Shown in pieces: positions 38,144 through 47,927 of a DNA stretch of 64,000 nucleotides. The DNA is from Escherichia phage vB_EcoM_EP32a: sequence record OR544954; one strand, given 5' to 3'. Each line of letters starts with the position of its first letter. Positions within the stretch are counted from its first letter, which is position 1. The notes under the pieces are model-generated. The model ran no database searches. It saw only the letters and a program-made list of their open reading frames with translations, and was not told where the DNA came from. A program made the position numbers and the translations under genes.

Positions 38144-38437
38144 ATGGGTAAAACGTATCGTCGTAAAGATTTGAAAGTTCGCGATTACGACTATTTTGGT
38201 AAGCGTAAAGCTCCTGATGGTGTTAGCCACAAAGACATGGTTGAAAACATTTTCCGCTCAGATAAATGGAAACGTATGAAAGGCGTTGATTCTGAAGTCA
38301 AGAATGAAATGAATCGACAACTCCGCAAAGAAGTTCGTAAGTTGAAAAAAGATGTTTACAGTAAAGAAGAGTATGATTATAATACTTCTCATACTGAAGC
38401 CAAACGTAAAGCTAACGAATGTTATCGTTACAGTTGA
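38144..38437 (+). CDS. small basic protein
   Basis: Lys/Arg-rich 97-aa ORF after GAGGTA. Confidence 0.4.
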   Translation: MGKTYRRKDLKVRDYDYFGKRKAPDGVSHKDMVENIFRSDKWKRMKGVDSEVKNEMNRQLRKEVRKLKKDVYSKEEYDYNTSHTEAKRKANECYRYS

Positions 38438-38444
38438 GGAAATT

Positions 38445-38579
38445 ATGAATATCAAACGAATGCTTTTTAAGCAGGGATTATATACTTTAAATGTTAATCC
38501 AAAGGGTGATACAACTAAATGGTCTGTAAATGACTGGATTAAGTTCATCGATGAAAATGGGGCGTGGAACACAAAATGA
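38445..38579 (+). CDS. small hypothetical protein (44 aa)
   Basis: ATG after GAGGAAA. Confidence 0.3.
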   Translation: MNIKRMLFKQGLYTLNVNPKGDTTKWSVNDWIKFIDENGAWNTK

Positions 38580-38779
38580 ATCCTGAAAATATTGTGTCAT
38601 GGCAAAAGCTTCGTGAAGAACGTGCCGAATTCTTTGCCAATATGAAACTCAACGGTGTTGAGGATGAAGACTTTTTACGTTGGTTCTGGATTTACAAATA
38701 CAAAGAATGCCAGCACGCTGTACTACTGACTTGTGCAGTTATGTACGAAGGCTGGAAAGGCGCTAAAAAGTTCGGTTAA
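38576..38779 (+). CDS. hypothetical protein
   Basis: ATGA-coupled 67-aa ORF. Confidence 0.4.
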   Translation: MNPENIVSWQKLREERAEFFANMKLNGVEDEDFLRWFWIYKYKECQHAVLLTCAVMYEGWKGAKKFG

Positions 38780-38852
38780 TAATATACAACGATAGGAAGA
38801 CATGTTATTATCTTCCTATCGTCTTAAAATGAGGAAAATATCATGGCCCAAG

Positions 38853-38912
38853 AATTAGATTTTATTACAAACTCTTGAGAGCAGAGTATAATGCTCTCTC
38901 ATTGGATAATAA
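38853..38912 (+). promoter_or_regulatory. early promoter cassette with inverted repeat around GAGTATAAT (near-duplicate of 10088-10150)
   Basis: attacaaactcttgagagcaGAGTATAATgctctctcattggataataaa versus 10091 atttacaaactctcgagagcaGAGTATAATgctctcgttggataataaa. Confidence 0.5.
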
Positions 38913-38931
38913 AATAACCGAGGAAAATAAT

Positions 38932-39264
38932 ATGTCTACTAAAATCAAAAACGTAGTTAATTCTTTCGCTTTCGATAAAGTTGTTGCTCTTCTGGAATCC
39001 GGCAATATTGTTACTCCTCAAGTCCTTGACGCGTGGGAATTCCGTCTTTATGAAATCATGCAAAAACACGACCAGAAAATTGGACGTAATTCTATTCGTG
39101 AAATTCTAGTACAATATATTCTTTCTGAATTTGACGTTGCTGCATTTGGTGTTGAATCTAAAGCTTATCAGAAACATGAAATCTCTGAAAAGACTATCCG
39201 TCGTATGAAAAATCAACGTAAGAAAAAATTCGTTGACCTGAAAATTGTTAAGGCGGTAAAATGA
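38932..39264 (+). CDS. hypothetical protein
   Basis: 110-aa ORF after GAGGAAAATAAT. Confidence 0.45.
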   Translation: MSTKIKNVVNSFAFDKVVALLESGNIVTPQVLDAWEFRLYEIMQKHDQKIGRNSIREILVQYILSEFDVAAFGVESKAYQKHEISEKTIRRMKNQRKKKFVDLKIVKAVK

Positions 39265-39488
39265 GCGTATTAACAGAATCTTTGATTAATGACCTGCGTC
39301 TAGCTGGTTACGAAGTTGGTACAAATAGCCTAGGTCTTTCTCAGATTGAAGGGCTTGGATTTATCCTAGAATATGAATTCAAACAATGGTGGCTATATGC
39401 TACGGCTGACGATGCGTTGAATATCGATTTCGTTGACCAATTTGATTCGTTGGATGATGCTCTTGAAGCAGCAAAGGAACTAGAATGA
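39261..39488 (+). CDS. hypothetical protein
   Basis: ATGA-coupled 75-aa ORF. Confidence 0.4.
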   Translation: MSVLTESLINDLRLAGYEVGTNSLGLSQIEGLGFILEYEFKQWWLYATADDALNIDFVDQFDSLDDALEAAKELE

Positions 39489-39754
39489 AATTAACTCGAA
39501 TCAGTATAACTGAAGAAAAGCTGGGCGAATTTTATGTTGACGAATACATGAAAGTCACGTATTTTCCATTCGTTAAAGGTGTTGGTTTTTGGGAAACTCA
39601 TGTATCTCAATTAAACGAAGGCGACTATAACGAAACTCATGAGAACTTTTTAGATTTTCTTTATAATGCCGGTCTTACTGAGCTTTATATCGATATCCAT
39701 GAGTTCAAACGTTTAATGGAAAAAGTGTTTCAGGCTTATTGTTTGCTCCGATAG
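39485..39754 (+). CDS. hypothetical protein
   Basis: ATGA-coupled 89-aa ORF. Confidence 0.4.
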   Translation: MKLTRISITEEKLGEFYVDEYMKVTYFPFVKGVGFWETHVSQLNEGDYNETHENFLDFLYNAGLTELYIDIHEFKRLMEKVFQAYCLLR

Positions 39755-39763
39755 TATCTCGTG

Positions 39764-39802
39764 CTTTAAGATAGGTCTCTAAATATTATGATATAATAGA
39801 CC
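39764..39802 (+). promoter_or_regulatory. promoter upstream of gene 55 (MotA-box-like TGCTTTAAG plus -10) with palindrome
   Basis: tgctttaagaTAGGTCTctaaatattatgatataatAGACCTA. Confidence 0.4.
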
Positions 39803-39826
39803 TATGAATTGAGCTAAGAGGTACTT

Positions 39827-40384
39827 ATGACTGGACAAAAACCTAAAAATAACTATGTGAATAATAAAGAGCTTCTCGCCGCTATAATCGAGTGGAAAAA
39901 GGAGCTCTTAAATAATAAAGACCCAAACAAAATTATTCGTCAGAATGATACCATCGGTTTAGCAATTATGCTTATCGCCGAAGGCCTGTCCAAACGTTTC
40001 AACTTTTCAGGATATACCCAGTCTTGGAAGCAGGAGATGATTGCAGATGGGATTGAAGCCTCTATTAAGGGACTTCATAATTTCGACGAAACTAAGTACA
40101 ATAACCCACATGCATACATAACTCGAGCTTGTTTTAATGCTTTTGTCCAACGTATCAAAAAAGAACGTAAGGAAGTTGCAAAGAAATATAGTTACTTCGT
40201 TCATAATGTCTACGACAGTCATGACGATGATATGGTAGCGTTGGTAGATGAAACGTTTATTCAAGACATCTACGATAAAATGACGCATTATGAAGAATCC
40301 GCTTATAAAGCTCCTGGGGCTGAAAAGAAGGAAGTTGTTAGCGATTCGCCTAGTTTGGATTTTTTATATGAGGATGACAATTGA
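39827..40384 (+). CDS. 55: late-transcription sigma factor gp55
   Basis: 185 aa as in T4 gp55; [26 protein letters not shown]... Confidence 0.85.
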   Translation: MTGQKPKNNYVNNKELLAAIIEWKKELLNNKDPNKIIRQNDTIGLAIMLIAEGLSKRFNFSGYTQSWKQEMIADGIEASIKGLHNFDETKYNNPHAYITRACFNAFVQRIKKERKEVAKKYSYFVHNVYDSHDDDMVALVDETFIQDIYDKMTHYEESAYKAPGAEKKEVVSDSPSLDFLYEDDN

Positions 40385-40583
40385 CATCTCTAACTACTTA
40401 GAAGAACCTTTTGACGAAGCAATCCCTTATTTGGTAAAACTGTTGGGTCGTGAATTTAAAATTAATTTTGACATCGACCCTTTGAACCCACATGACGTGT
40501 CATTTTCGATAAATGGGACTCCGGTTGAGTATGAGTTCTGTATTGAAGAGGATGGACGTTTTTATTTTAATTTAATGAGATAA
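40374..40583 (+). CDS. hypothetical protein
   Basis: 70-aa ORF overlapping the gp55 stop. Confidence 0.35.
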   Translation: MTIDISNYLEEPFDEAIPYLVKLLGREFKINFDIDPLNPHDVSFSINGTPVEYEFCIEEDGRFYFNLMR

Positions 40584-40584
40584 T

Positions 40585-40908
40585 ATGACTACCGAGATTA
40601 TTGAAAATAAAGAAGCAGAAGATGCAGTAGCTAAAATGCTACAAGAAATCCAAAAGAAAAATGAAGCTGAAGCACGTAAAAAATCCGAAAAGATTCTTAA
40701 AAAGAATCGTTTTGAACTAAACCGTCTTTATGCTCACGCTCAAGAAGCAGCAATTCAAAACAACTTCGAAGCTTACGAATATGCTATTAAGAAATCTCGG
40801 GATATTCTACGCCAACCATATAATGACAAGTTAATTAAAATCCAGTGGGTTACTACTCGTCAGGCTATTGAGGACATCATTAATGGCGCTAGTTCAAACA
40901 AAGTTTAA
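40585..40908 (+). CDS. hypothetical protein
   Basis: 107-aa ORF. Confidence 0.45.
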   Translation: MTTEIIENKEAEDAVAKMLQEIQKKNEAEARKKSEKILKKNRFELNRLYAHAQEAAIQNNFEAYEYAIKKSRDILRQPYNDKLIKIQWVTTRQAIEDIINGASSNKV

Positions 40909-41089
40909 ACGTCTGAAGCTGAACGCAGGGTTCACCCTTAAATTGGGAGGTCCTCTTTGTGTTAAAATCTCTGAAAAGGAATATCACGACTGTTCTATTA
41001 CAGAAATTTGTCCGCCTATTGTAAAGGCAGACCCAAAACAACTCGTGTGGGTTGATTCATTTCAAGTTAAGAAATGGTGGAAACGATGA
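40883..41089 (+). CDS. hypothetical protein
   Basis: 68-aa ORF. Confidence 0.35.
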   Translation: MALVQTKFKRLKLNAGFTLKLGGPLCVKISEKEYHDCSITEICPPIVKADPKQLVWVDSFQVKKWWKR

Positions 41090-41128
41090 GAGAAATCGAT
41101 TTAGGTATTTTCTGAGAGGTGCTTATGC

Positions 41129-41302
41129 ATGACGAACATCCCGACTTCTGAAAATTTCGATAAAATCCATAAAGGCAAAGCAGAAAGAATGAGACGTTTT
41201 AAAGAGTCTTATGATAAAGCTAAAGCCGAAGGAACTATTACATACAAGCCCATTCGATTTAAAAGTTCAAATGAGCCTCTGTACGGTGTACTATGTGGAT
41301 AG
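41129..41302 (+). CDS. small hypothetical protein (57 aa)
   Basis: ATG after GAGAGG; below the track cutoff. Confidence 0.35.
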   Translation: MTNIPTSENFDKIHKGKAERMRRFKESYDKAKAEGTITYKPIRFKSSNEPLYGVLCG

Positions 41303-41329
41303 GAACTCTTCGGAGTTCCTTTTTTTTTT
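41302..41329 (+). terminator. rho-independent terminator (UUCG hairpin plus T9)
   Basis: GGAACTCttcgGAGTTCC followed by TTTTTTTTT. Confidence 0.8.
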
Positions 41330-41353
41330 GCTTTATAGCCGGATGATAGAATG
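41328..41353 (+). promoter_or_regulatory. middle promoter for gene 47 (MotA box TTTGCTTTA plus TAGAAT -10)
   Basis: MotA-box consensus at 41328-41336, -10 about 12 nt downstream, 22 nt before the gene 47 ATG. Confidence 0.5.
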
Positions 41354-41375
41354 AATTAACTAATGAGGAAATAAT

Positions 41376-42395
41376 ATGAAAATTTTGCACTTAGGCGACT
41401 TCCATATCGGAGTCAAACAAGATGACCCATGGGTTCAAGATATTCAACGTGATGGTATTCGTCAAGCAATTGAATACTCTAAGAAACACGGGATTAAAAC
41501 TTGGATTCAGTACGGTGATTGGTTTGACGTCCGTAAAGCAATAACACATCGTACGATGGAATTCAATCGTGAAATCGTTGATATGATTTCTAAAGCAGGC
41601 ATTCACGTTCATGTCACGATAGGAAACCATGACATGGCGTTTAAGAATACAATAACACCTAACACTGTTTCTGAATTGTTAACTCAATTTGAAAACTTTA
41701 CTATTTACGAACATCCAACTACTGTAGATTTTGACGGATGTCTGATTGATATCGTTCCATGGATGTGTGAAGAAAATACGGGTGAAATCTTAGAGCACAT
41801 CAAGACTTCTTCTGCGGCGTATTGTGTTGGGCACTGGGAATTAAATGGCTTCTATTTCTATAAAGGAATGAAGTCTCATGGGCTTGAACCTGATTTCTTA
41901 AAGACCTATAAACAAGTCTGGTCTGGCCACTTCCACACAATCTCTGAAGCTGCTAACGTCAAATATATTGGGACACCATGGACCCTTACTGCAGGCGATG
42001 AGAACGACCCGCGCGGATTCTGGGTATTTGACACTGATGTTGAACGTATGGAATTTATTCCTAATGAAACAACATGGCATCGACGAATCACTTATCCGTT
42101 TAAAGGCAAAATCAATTATTCTGATTATACTAATCTAGCCGTACGTGTTATAGTATCAGAAATTGATTCAGAGTTGACTAAGTTTGAATCTGAACTTGAA
42201 AAAGTAGTTCACTCTCTTCGTATGGTTTCTAAAGTTGATAACAGTGTTGAATCTGATGATGACCAGGAAATCGAGATTAAATCACTTCAAGATATCATTA
42301 AAGAATATATTGACGCGATTCCAGATATCTCAGACGAAGACAGAGAAGCGCTGGTTAAATATTCTAACGAACTTTATATTGAGGCAACACAATGA
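41376..42395 (+). CDS. 47: recombination endonuclease subunit gp47 (Mre11/SbcD-like)
   Basis: Phosphoesterase motifs LHLGDFH, GDWFD, GNHD, GHWE; 339 aa as in T4. Confidence 0.95.
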   Translation: MKILHLGDFHIGVKQDDPWVQDIQRDGIRQAIEYSKKHGIKTWIQYGDWFDVRKAITHRTMEFNREIVDMISKAGIHVHVTIGNHDMAFKNTITPNTVSELLTQFENFTIYEHPTTVDFDGCLIDIVPWMCEENTGEILEHIKTSSAAYCVGHWELNGFYFYKGMKSHGLEPDFLKTYKQVWSGHFHTISEAANVKYIGTPWTLTAGDENDPRGFWVFDTDVERMEFIPNETTWHRRITYPFKGKINYSDYTNLAVRVIVSEIDSELTKFESELEKVVHSLRMVSKVDNSVESDDDQEIEIKSLQDIIKEYIDAIPDISDEDREALVKYSNELYIEATQ

Positions 42396-42649
42396 CTTTA
42401 GATGAATTTAACAATGCCGGGCTCAGCCTTGAAGTTGAAATGGACGTTAAAGATGATGATGGATTCGAGAACACTATCAAGTATTGGATTGAGCCATTAC
42501 GCGTTGAAGGCAATGAAGTTAAAGCAGTTCATGTCTGCACCGACTGGGCTATTGAATTTAGCTTTAATATAATGGACAACGATACTCCTGGCTCTATTCT
42601 TAAAATGGCCGAAGCGTGTATCGAGGATGCGTATAATGACGAAGACTGA
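42392..42649 (+). CDS. hypothetical protein (46.x position)
   Basis: ATGA-coupled 85-aa acidic ORF. Confidence 0.45.
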   Translation: MTLDEFNNAGLSLEVEMDVKDDDGFENTIKYWIEPLRVEGNEVKAVHVCTDWAIEFSFNIMDNDTPGSILKMAEACIEDAYNDED

Positions 42650-42875
42650 TTATGAAATCCATCGTCATGAATTTAGTATTGGTGACGGTTATATTGGTAT
42701 CGTTGAATGGACCGAGAATTACGAGGAATCAACTCCTCGTTTCTTTGGAACAATGTATGTTACCTGTGAGTACGCACCAGGTGTTGTTATGTATGCAGAA
42801 CTAGATGAATATTTTGCTGATAGAGATGACATGTTAAAATATGTAGAGGACTTCATTCGAAGAGAATACATATGA
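42636..42875 (+). CDS. hypothetical protein (46.x position)
   Basis: 79-aa ORF. Confidence 0.45.
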   Translation: MTKTDYEIHRHEFSIGDGYIGIVEWTENYEESTPRFFGTMYVTCEYAPGVVMYAELDEYFADRDDMLKYVEDFIRREYI

Positions 42876-44392
42876 AATCATTTAAATTAAATCGTGTTCG
42901 TTATCAAAACATCATGTCGGTAGGTGGGAATCCTATTGATATCCAATTAGATAAAGTCCAAAAGACATTAATCACTGGTAAAAATGGCGGTGGTAAATCT
43001 ACGATGTTAGAAGCCATTACTTTCGGACTTTTCGGTAAACCATTTCGTGATGTTAAGAAAGGACAAATCATTAACAGCACGAATAAGAAAGAGCTCTTAG
43101 TTGAGCTTTGGATGGAATTCGATGGTAAAAAATACTTCATTAAACGTGGCCAAAAGCCCAATATTTTCGAAATCTCCGTTGACGGTGTTCGTCTTGATGA
43201 ATCTGCCAGCAGTCGCGACTTCCAAGAAGAATTTGAACGTAGCATCGGAATGTCATACGCGTCTTTTAAACAAATCGTTGTGCTTGGGACGGCAGGGTAT
43301 ACCCCTTTCATGGCTCTTAGCACCCCTGCTCGTAGAAAACTTGTCGAAGACCTTTTAGAAGTCGGCACACTCGCTGAAATGGATAAAATCAATAAGTCTC
43401 AAGTTCGAGAACTTAATTCCCAGGGACAAGTTCTCGATGCCAAGAAAGATGGTATTATCCAACAAATTAAGATTTATAACGAGAATATCGAACGTCAAAA
43501 GAAATTATCTGGTGATAATGTAGCGCGTCTACAGAATATGTATGACGACCTAGCCAAAGAAGCTCGTTCATTAAAAGCAGAAATCGAAGAAGCTAATGAG
43601 CGACTACTTAATATCGTTCTTGACGAAGACCCTACTGAGGCATTCAACAAGATAGGACAAGAAGCATTCTTGATTAAATCTAAAATTGACTCATATAACA
43701 AAGTTATTAAGATGTATCATGATGGCGGTACATGTCCTACTTGTGCATCACAGTTGCACCAGGGTGATCCTATTGTCTCTAAGATTACCGATAAGCTTCA
43801 CGAATGTAATCACTCATTCGAGCAACTTACATGTCACAGAGATAATCTGAGTGTCCTAGTGGACGAATATAGAGCTAATGTTAAGACTAAACAGGACCTT
43901 GCATCTGATATTCGCACCAAGAAACAAGCAATGATTGCCACTATTGATAAAGCTAAGAAAGTTAAAGCTGCAATAGAGCAAGCCTCAGCAGAATTTATCG
44001 ACCATGCCGATGAGATAGCTTTGCTTCAAAAAGAACTTGATAAAATCATTAAAACAAAATCAGATATCGTTCTTGAAAAATACCATCGTGGTATTATCAC
44101 AGATATGTTAAAAGATTCTGGTATTAAAGGTGCTATCATTAAAAAATATGTGCCTCTGTTCAACAAGCAGATTAACCATTATCTTAAAATCATGGAAGCT
44201 GATTACGTGTTTTCTATTGATGAAGAATTCAATGAATCTATAAAATCACGTGGTCGTGAAGATTTTAGTTATGCTTCATTTAGTCAAGGTGAAAAAGCGC
44301 GTATCGATATCGCATTGTTGTTTACATGGCGAGATATTGCTGAAAAGGTCTCTGGCGTTAGAATCAACAAACGTGTTCATTATTTGTCATAG
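42872..44392 (+). CDS. 46: recombination endonuclease subunit gp46 (Rad50/SbcC-like), frame broken near 44366-44372; the H-loop segment continues in another frame to 44471
   Basis: Walker A GKNGGGKST, coiled coil, signature FSQGEKARIDIAL; after ...VSGVRIN the frame stops (KRVHYLS*), while the shifted frame reads TNVFIICHRDHDPQAYGQHLQMSKVGRFTVMTVS; no Walker B/D-loop between signature and H-loop. Confidence 0.85.
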   Translation: MKSFKLNRVRYQNIMSVGGNPIDIQLDKVQKTLITGKNGGGKSTMLEAITFGLFGKPFRDVKKGQIINSTNKKELLVELWMEFDGKKYFIKRGQKPNIFEISVDGVRLDESASSRDFQEEFERSIGMSYASFKQIVVLGTAGYTPFMALSTPARRKLVEDLLEVGTLAEMDKINKSQVRELNSQGQVLDAKKDGIIQQIKIYNENIERQKKLSGDNVARLQNMYDDLAKEARSLKAEIEEANERLLNIVLDEDPTEAFNKIGQEAFLIKSKIDSYNKVIKMYHDGGTCPTCASQLHQGDPIVSKITDKLHECNHSFEQLTCHRDNLSVLVDEYRANVKTKQDLASDIRTKKQAMIATIDKAKKVKAAIEQASAEFIDHADEIALLQKELDKIIKTKSDIVLEKYHRGIITDMLKDSGIKGAIIKKYVPLFNKQINHYLKIMEADYVFSIDEEFNESIKSRGREDFSYASFSQGEKARIDIALLFTWRDIAEKVSGVRINKRVHYLS

Positions 44393-44475
44393 AGACCATG
44401 ACCCACAAGCTTATGGACAACATCTTCAAATGAGCAAAGTTGGACGATTTACTGTAATGACTGTTTCATAAACGC

Positions 44476-44510
44476 TTTAACACGATGTGGTTATAATGAC
44501 CACATCAAAT
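44476..44510 (+). promoter_or_regulatory. promoter-like palindrome with TATAAT
   Basis: cgATGTGGTtataatgACCACATcaaattaaatggag. Confidence 0.35.
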
Positions 44511-44525
44511 TAAATGGAGAACAAC

Positions 44526-44714
44526 ATGGAGTATTCAACTGGCCAACATCTTCTCGTTGTCCCTGAAATTAAAAAATATGTTTTGACCAATACGTTTTCA
44601 GGTGAAGAACATATTGTTACTGAACAAATGCTCAAATCTGCTTTTAAAGATGAGTATAATAAAATAATGTCTAATCGCAATTCCGCATGGACAGTTACCG
44701 ACTTCTACGAATAA
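44526..44714 (+). CDS. 45.2: gp45.2-like small protein
   Basis: 62-aa ORF between 46 and rpbA, as in T4. Confidence 0.55.
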   Translation: MEYSTGQHLLVVPEIKKYVLTNTFSGEEHIVTEQMLKSAFKDEYNKIMSNRNSAWTVTDFYE

Positions 44715-44726
44715 GAGAGAAATAAT

Positions 44727-45143
44727 ATGTTTACTACTGCTAAAGGTTTCACTGCTGCTGATCTGAAAGTTACTTCTATCCGTACTGACGCTAACCCACA
44801 TAACCATAATCGTGTTCGTAAAGCATGGGTCCTGCATTGTGATGACGCAAGTGCTAAAAAACTCCAATCTTTGCCACAAGAAACTCGTTTTATGATTTAT
44901 GGTTTTATTGATAATGATGTATCTGATATGTGGATTCATCTGATGCATAAGCACTATAAAGATTCTATTGAAGCTGGTGGAAAAATCGTTCTTGATAAAG
45001 ACGGTTCTGAGCGTCTGGAAGATTTCTATTGTGTTGACGCTGACGAACAACTAATTGCAGCTGGCGAAATTGTTGCTTCTAAAATTCCAGAATATATTGA
45101 ATCACTGCCTGAAGCTATTAAAAAGCAGATGGTTGCTGCATAA
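44727..45143 (+). CDS. rpbA: RNA polymerase-binding protein RpbA-like
   Basis: 138-aa ORF directly upstream of gene 45 (synteny). Confidence 0.55.
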   Translation: MFTTAKGFTAADLKVTSIRTDANPHNHNRVRKAWVLHCDDASAKKLQSLPQETRFMIYGFIDNDVSDMWIHLMHKHYKDSIEAGGKIVLDKDGSERLEDFYCVDADEQLIAAGEIVASKIPEYIESLPEAIKKQMVAA

Positions 45144-45185
45144 TAAATTTGTTATAAACTTTGAATTGTCTTGAAAGGAAATAAA

Positions 45186-45872
45186 ATGAAACTGTCTAAA
45201 GATACTATCGCTATTCTGAAAAACTTTGCCTCTATTAACTCCGGCATTCTGCTGAGTCAAGGTAAATTTATTATGACTCGTGCAGTTAATGGCACCACTT
45301 ATGCGGAAGCAAATATCTCTGATGAAATTGATTTTGACGTAGCACTTTATGATTTGAATAGCTTCTTAAGCATTTTGAGTCTAGTGTCTGATGATGCTGA
45401 AATTTCAATGCACACTGATGGCAATATTAAAATTGCAGATACACGTTCCACAGTTTATTGGCCTGCCGCTGACAAGAGCACCATTGTTTTTCCTAATAAG
45501 CCAATTCAATTCCCGGTGGCTTCTGTGATTACTGAAATTAAAGCTGAAGACCTTCAACAATTGCTTCGAGTTTCACGTGGTCTTCAGATTGATACAATTG
45601 CTATTACAAATAAAGATGGTAAAATTGTTATCAATGGCTATAATAAAGTTGAAGATTCTGGTCTAACTCGTCCTAAGTATTCTTTGACTCTTACCGATTA
45701 TGATGGTTCTAACAACTTTAACTTCGTAATCAATATGGCTAATATGAAAATCCAGCCAGGTAACTATAAAGTAATGTTGTGGGGAGCTGGTGATAAAGTT
45801 GCAGCCAAGTTTGAAAGCTCTCAAGTAAGTTATGTTATTGCGATGGAAGCCGATTCTACTCACGACTTCTAA
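45186..45872 (+). CDS. 45: sliding clamp gp45
   Basis: MKLSKDTIAILKNFASINSGILLSQGKFIMTRAVNGTTYAEANISD... matches T4/RB69 gp45; 228 aa. Confidence 0.95.
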   Translation: MKLSKDTIAILKNFASINSGILLSQGKFIMTRAVNGTTYAEANISDEIDFDVALYDLNSFLSILSLVSDDAEISMHTDGNIKIADTRSTVYWPAADKSTIVFPNKPIQFPVASVITEIKAEDLQQLLRVSRGLQIDTIAITNKDGKIVINGYNKVEDSGLTRPKYSLTLTDYDGSNNFNFVINMANMKIQPGNYKVMLWGAGDKVAAKFESSQVSYVIAMEADSTHDF

Positions 45873-45947
45873 GTCAAAGCTTTACGTTTATTGTGATACG
45901 ATTATGGAGGAGAAATCCTCCAGTTTAATGATAATGAGGAAAATTAC

Positions 45948-46910
45948 ATGATTACTATCAATTCCAAAGAACACATTCTAGAACAGAAATATCGTCCTTC
46001 TTCCATTGATGAATGTATTCTGCCTGCGTATGACCATGAAACATTCAAGTCTTTAGTATCTAAAGGAAAACTTCCTCATATTATTTTACACTCTCCATCT
46101 CCTGGTACCGGTAAAACCACCGTGGCAAAAGCATTATGTAACGATATCAACGCTGAAATGATGTTTGTCAACGGTTCTGATTGTAAAATTGATTTTGTAC
46201 GCGGTCCGTTAACTGCATTTGCTCGTTCAGTCTCAATGGAAGGCAAACCTAAAGTTATTGTTATTGATGAATTTGACCGTAGTGGCCTCGCCGAATCACA
46301 ACGTCACCTTCGTACATTCATGGAAGAATTCTCTAGTAACTGTTCTATTATTATTACTGCCAACAACATCGATGGAATTATTGAACCATTACGTAGTCGT
46401 TGTCGAGTTATTGAATTCGGTCGTCCGACTGAAGAAGATAAAATCTCAATGATGAAGAAAATGATTCATCGCATGGTTGAAATCTGTAAGAACGAAAATA
46501 TCGAAATCGCTGATATGAAAGTTGTTGCAGCTCTGGTTAAAAAGAACTTTCCGGACTTTCGTCGTACAATTGGTCAATTAGACCAGTACTCGTCTAAAGG
46601 TGTTCTTGATGCAGGTATTTTGTCTATTGTAACCAATGATCGTGGCACGGTAGATGATGTCATAGAAGCAATGAAAAATAAAGATATCAAACAGCTTCGT
46701 GCGTTAGCTCCAAAATATGCCGCTGATTATTCATGGTTCATCGATAAATTAGTTTCTGAGTGTTATGACAAAGTTGCACCAGGTAAAAGTATTATTTCGC
46801 TTTATGAAATTGCAGGCGAAAATAATAAGTTTCATGGATTAGCAAGTAATATTGAATTACATGTTATGTATATGCTTCTTCAACTGACCTGCGAACTGAC
46901 TTGGAAATAA
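45948..46910 (+). CDS. 44: clamp loader large subunit gp44 (AAA+)
   Basis: Walker [11 protein letters not shown], Walker [12 protein letters not shown] motif; 320 aa. Confidence 0.95.
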   Translation: MITINSKEHILEQKYRPSSIDECILPAYDHETFKSLVSKGKLPHIILHSPSPGTGKTTVAKALCNDINAEMMFVNGSDCKIDFVRGPLTAFARSVSMEGKPKVIVIDEFDRSGLAESQRHLRTFMEEFSSNCSIIITANNIDGIIEPLRSRCRVIEFGRPTEEDKISMMKKMIHRMVEICKNENIEIADMKVVAALVKKNFPDFRRTIGQLDQYSSKGVLDAGILSIVTNDRGTVDDVIEAMKNKDIKQLRALAPKYAADYSWFIDKLVSECYDKVAPGKSIISLYEIAGENNKFHGLASNIELHVMYMLLQLTCELTWK

Positions 46911-46911
46911 T

Positions 46912-47475
46912 ATGAACTTATTTGATGATGACGTCCAACTTAACGAGCACCAAATTGCATGGAAGTCTAACGACGCTGATGCGATTCAAAAATGTGCTGA
47001 CATGTTTAAAGAAAAACCTGAGAATGAATTCTTTAAAATCATTAATGCTATTAATGAAAAGAAATCTATGTCAATTGCTCAGGTCGACTACTCAAAATTT
47101 ATGGTTGAGAACTCATTATCCCAGTTTCCAGAATGTATGCCCGCAGTTTACATGATGAACTTGGTCGGTTCTGAATTAAGTGATGAAGCACACTTCAACT
47201 ATATGATGGCCGCCGTTCCGCGTGGCCGACGATTCTCTAAATGGGCTAAACTAGTTGAAGACACTTCAGAGTTACTAGTTATCAAACTGTTGATGAAACG
47301 TTACACAATCAACATGAATGATGCTACCGAGTATAAGCGGCTCCTTGAAAAAAATAACAAGTTGCCAATAGTCCTTAAAGAACTGAAGGCCATGGTCACT
47401 GATGAGTTTCTCAAAGAAGTTACAAAAAATGTGAAAGAACAAAAACAATTTAAAAAATTAGCATTGGAATGGTAA
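46912..47475 (+). CDS. 62: clamp loader small subunit gp62
   Basis: 187 aa as in T4; immediately after gene 44. Confidence 0.85.
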   Translation: MNLFDDDVQLNEHQIAWKSNDADAIQKCADMFKEKPENEFFKIINAINEKKSMSIAQVDYSKFMVENSLSQFPECMPAVYMMNLVGSELSDEAHFNYMMAAVPRGRRFSKWAKLVEDTSELLVIKLLMKRYTINMNDATEYKRLLEKNNKLPIVLKELKAMVTDEFLKEVTKNVKEQKQFKKLALEW

Positions 47476-47477
47476 AA

Positions 47478-47846
47478 ATGATTGAAATTAAATTGAAGAA
47501 CCCCGAAGATTTTCTTAAAGTCAAAGAGACTCTGACCCGTATGGGCATCGCTAATAACAAGGATAAAGTTCTTTATCAGTCCTGTCATATCCTCCAAAAG
47601 CAAGGTAAATATTACATCGTCCACTTTAAAGAAATGTTGCGTATGGACGGGCGTCAAGTTGATATTGATGGTGAAGACTACCAACGACGTGATTCGATTG
47701 CCCAGTTGCTTGAAGACTGGGGATTGATTGTTATTGAAGACTCTGCTCGTGAAGATCTGTTTGGCCTAACTAATAACTTCCGTGTTATCTCTTTTAAACA
47801 GAAAGATGACTGGACTTTGAAAGCAAAATATACAATTGGTAATTAA
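47478..47846 (+). CDS. regA: translational repressor RegA
   Basis: MIEIKLKNPEDFLKVKETLTRMGIANNKDKVLYQSCHILQKQGKYYIVHFKEMLRMDGRQV matches T4 RegA; 122 aa. Confidence 0.9.
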   Translation: MIEIKLKNPEDFLKVKETLTRMGIANNKDKVLYQSCHILQKQGKYYIVHFKEMLRMDGRQVDIDGEDYQRRDSIAQLLEDWGLIVIEDSAREDLFGLTNNFRVISFKQKDDWTLKAKYTIGN

Positions 47847-47852
47847 AGCAAT

Positions 47853-47866
47853 GGGACTTCGGTCCC
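47853..47866 (+). terminator. UUCG hairpin (terminator or RNA stability element)
   Basis: GGGACttcgGTCCC; weak T-run (attt). Confidence 0.35.
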
Positions 47867-47899
47867 ATTTGGAGTATAATAAGTTCATCAACAAACAAA

Positions 47900-47927
47900 A
47901 GACAATAACTCGTCTAAAGGAAATTAA
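47900..47927 (+). promoter_or_regulatory. gene 43 translational operator (hairpin with 8-nt loop AAUAACUC next to the SD)
   Basis: AGAC-aataactc-GTCT followed by aAAGGAaattaaATG; matches the T4 gp43 autoregulatory operator as I recall it. Confidence 0.5.

Noticed and set aside
39827-42395. Alpha-glucosyltransferase between genes 55 and 47
   Set aside because: Only small ORFs of 57-107 aa occupy this interval; nothing of the expected size (about 400 aa) or fold is present.
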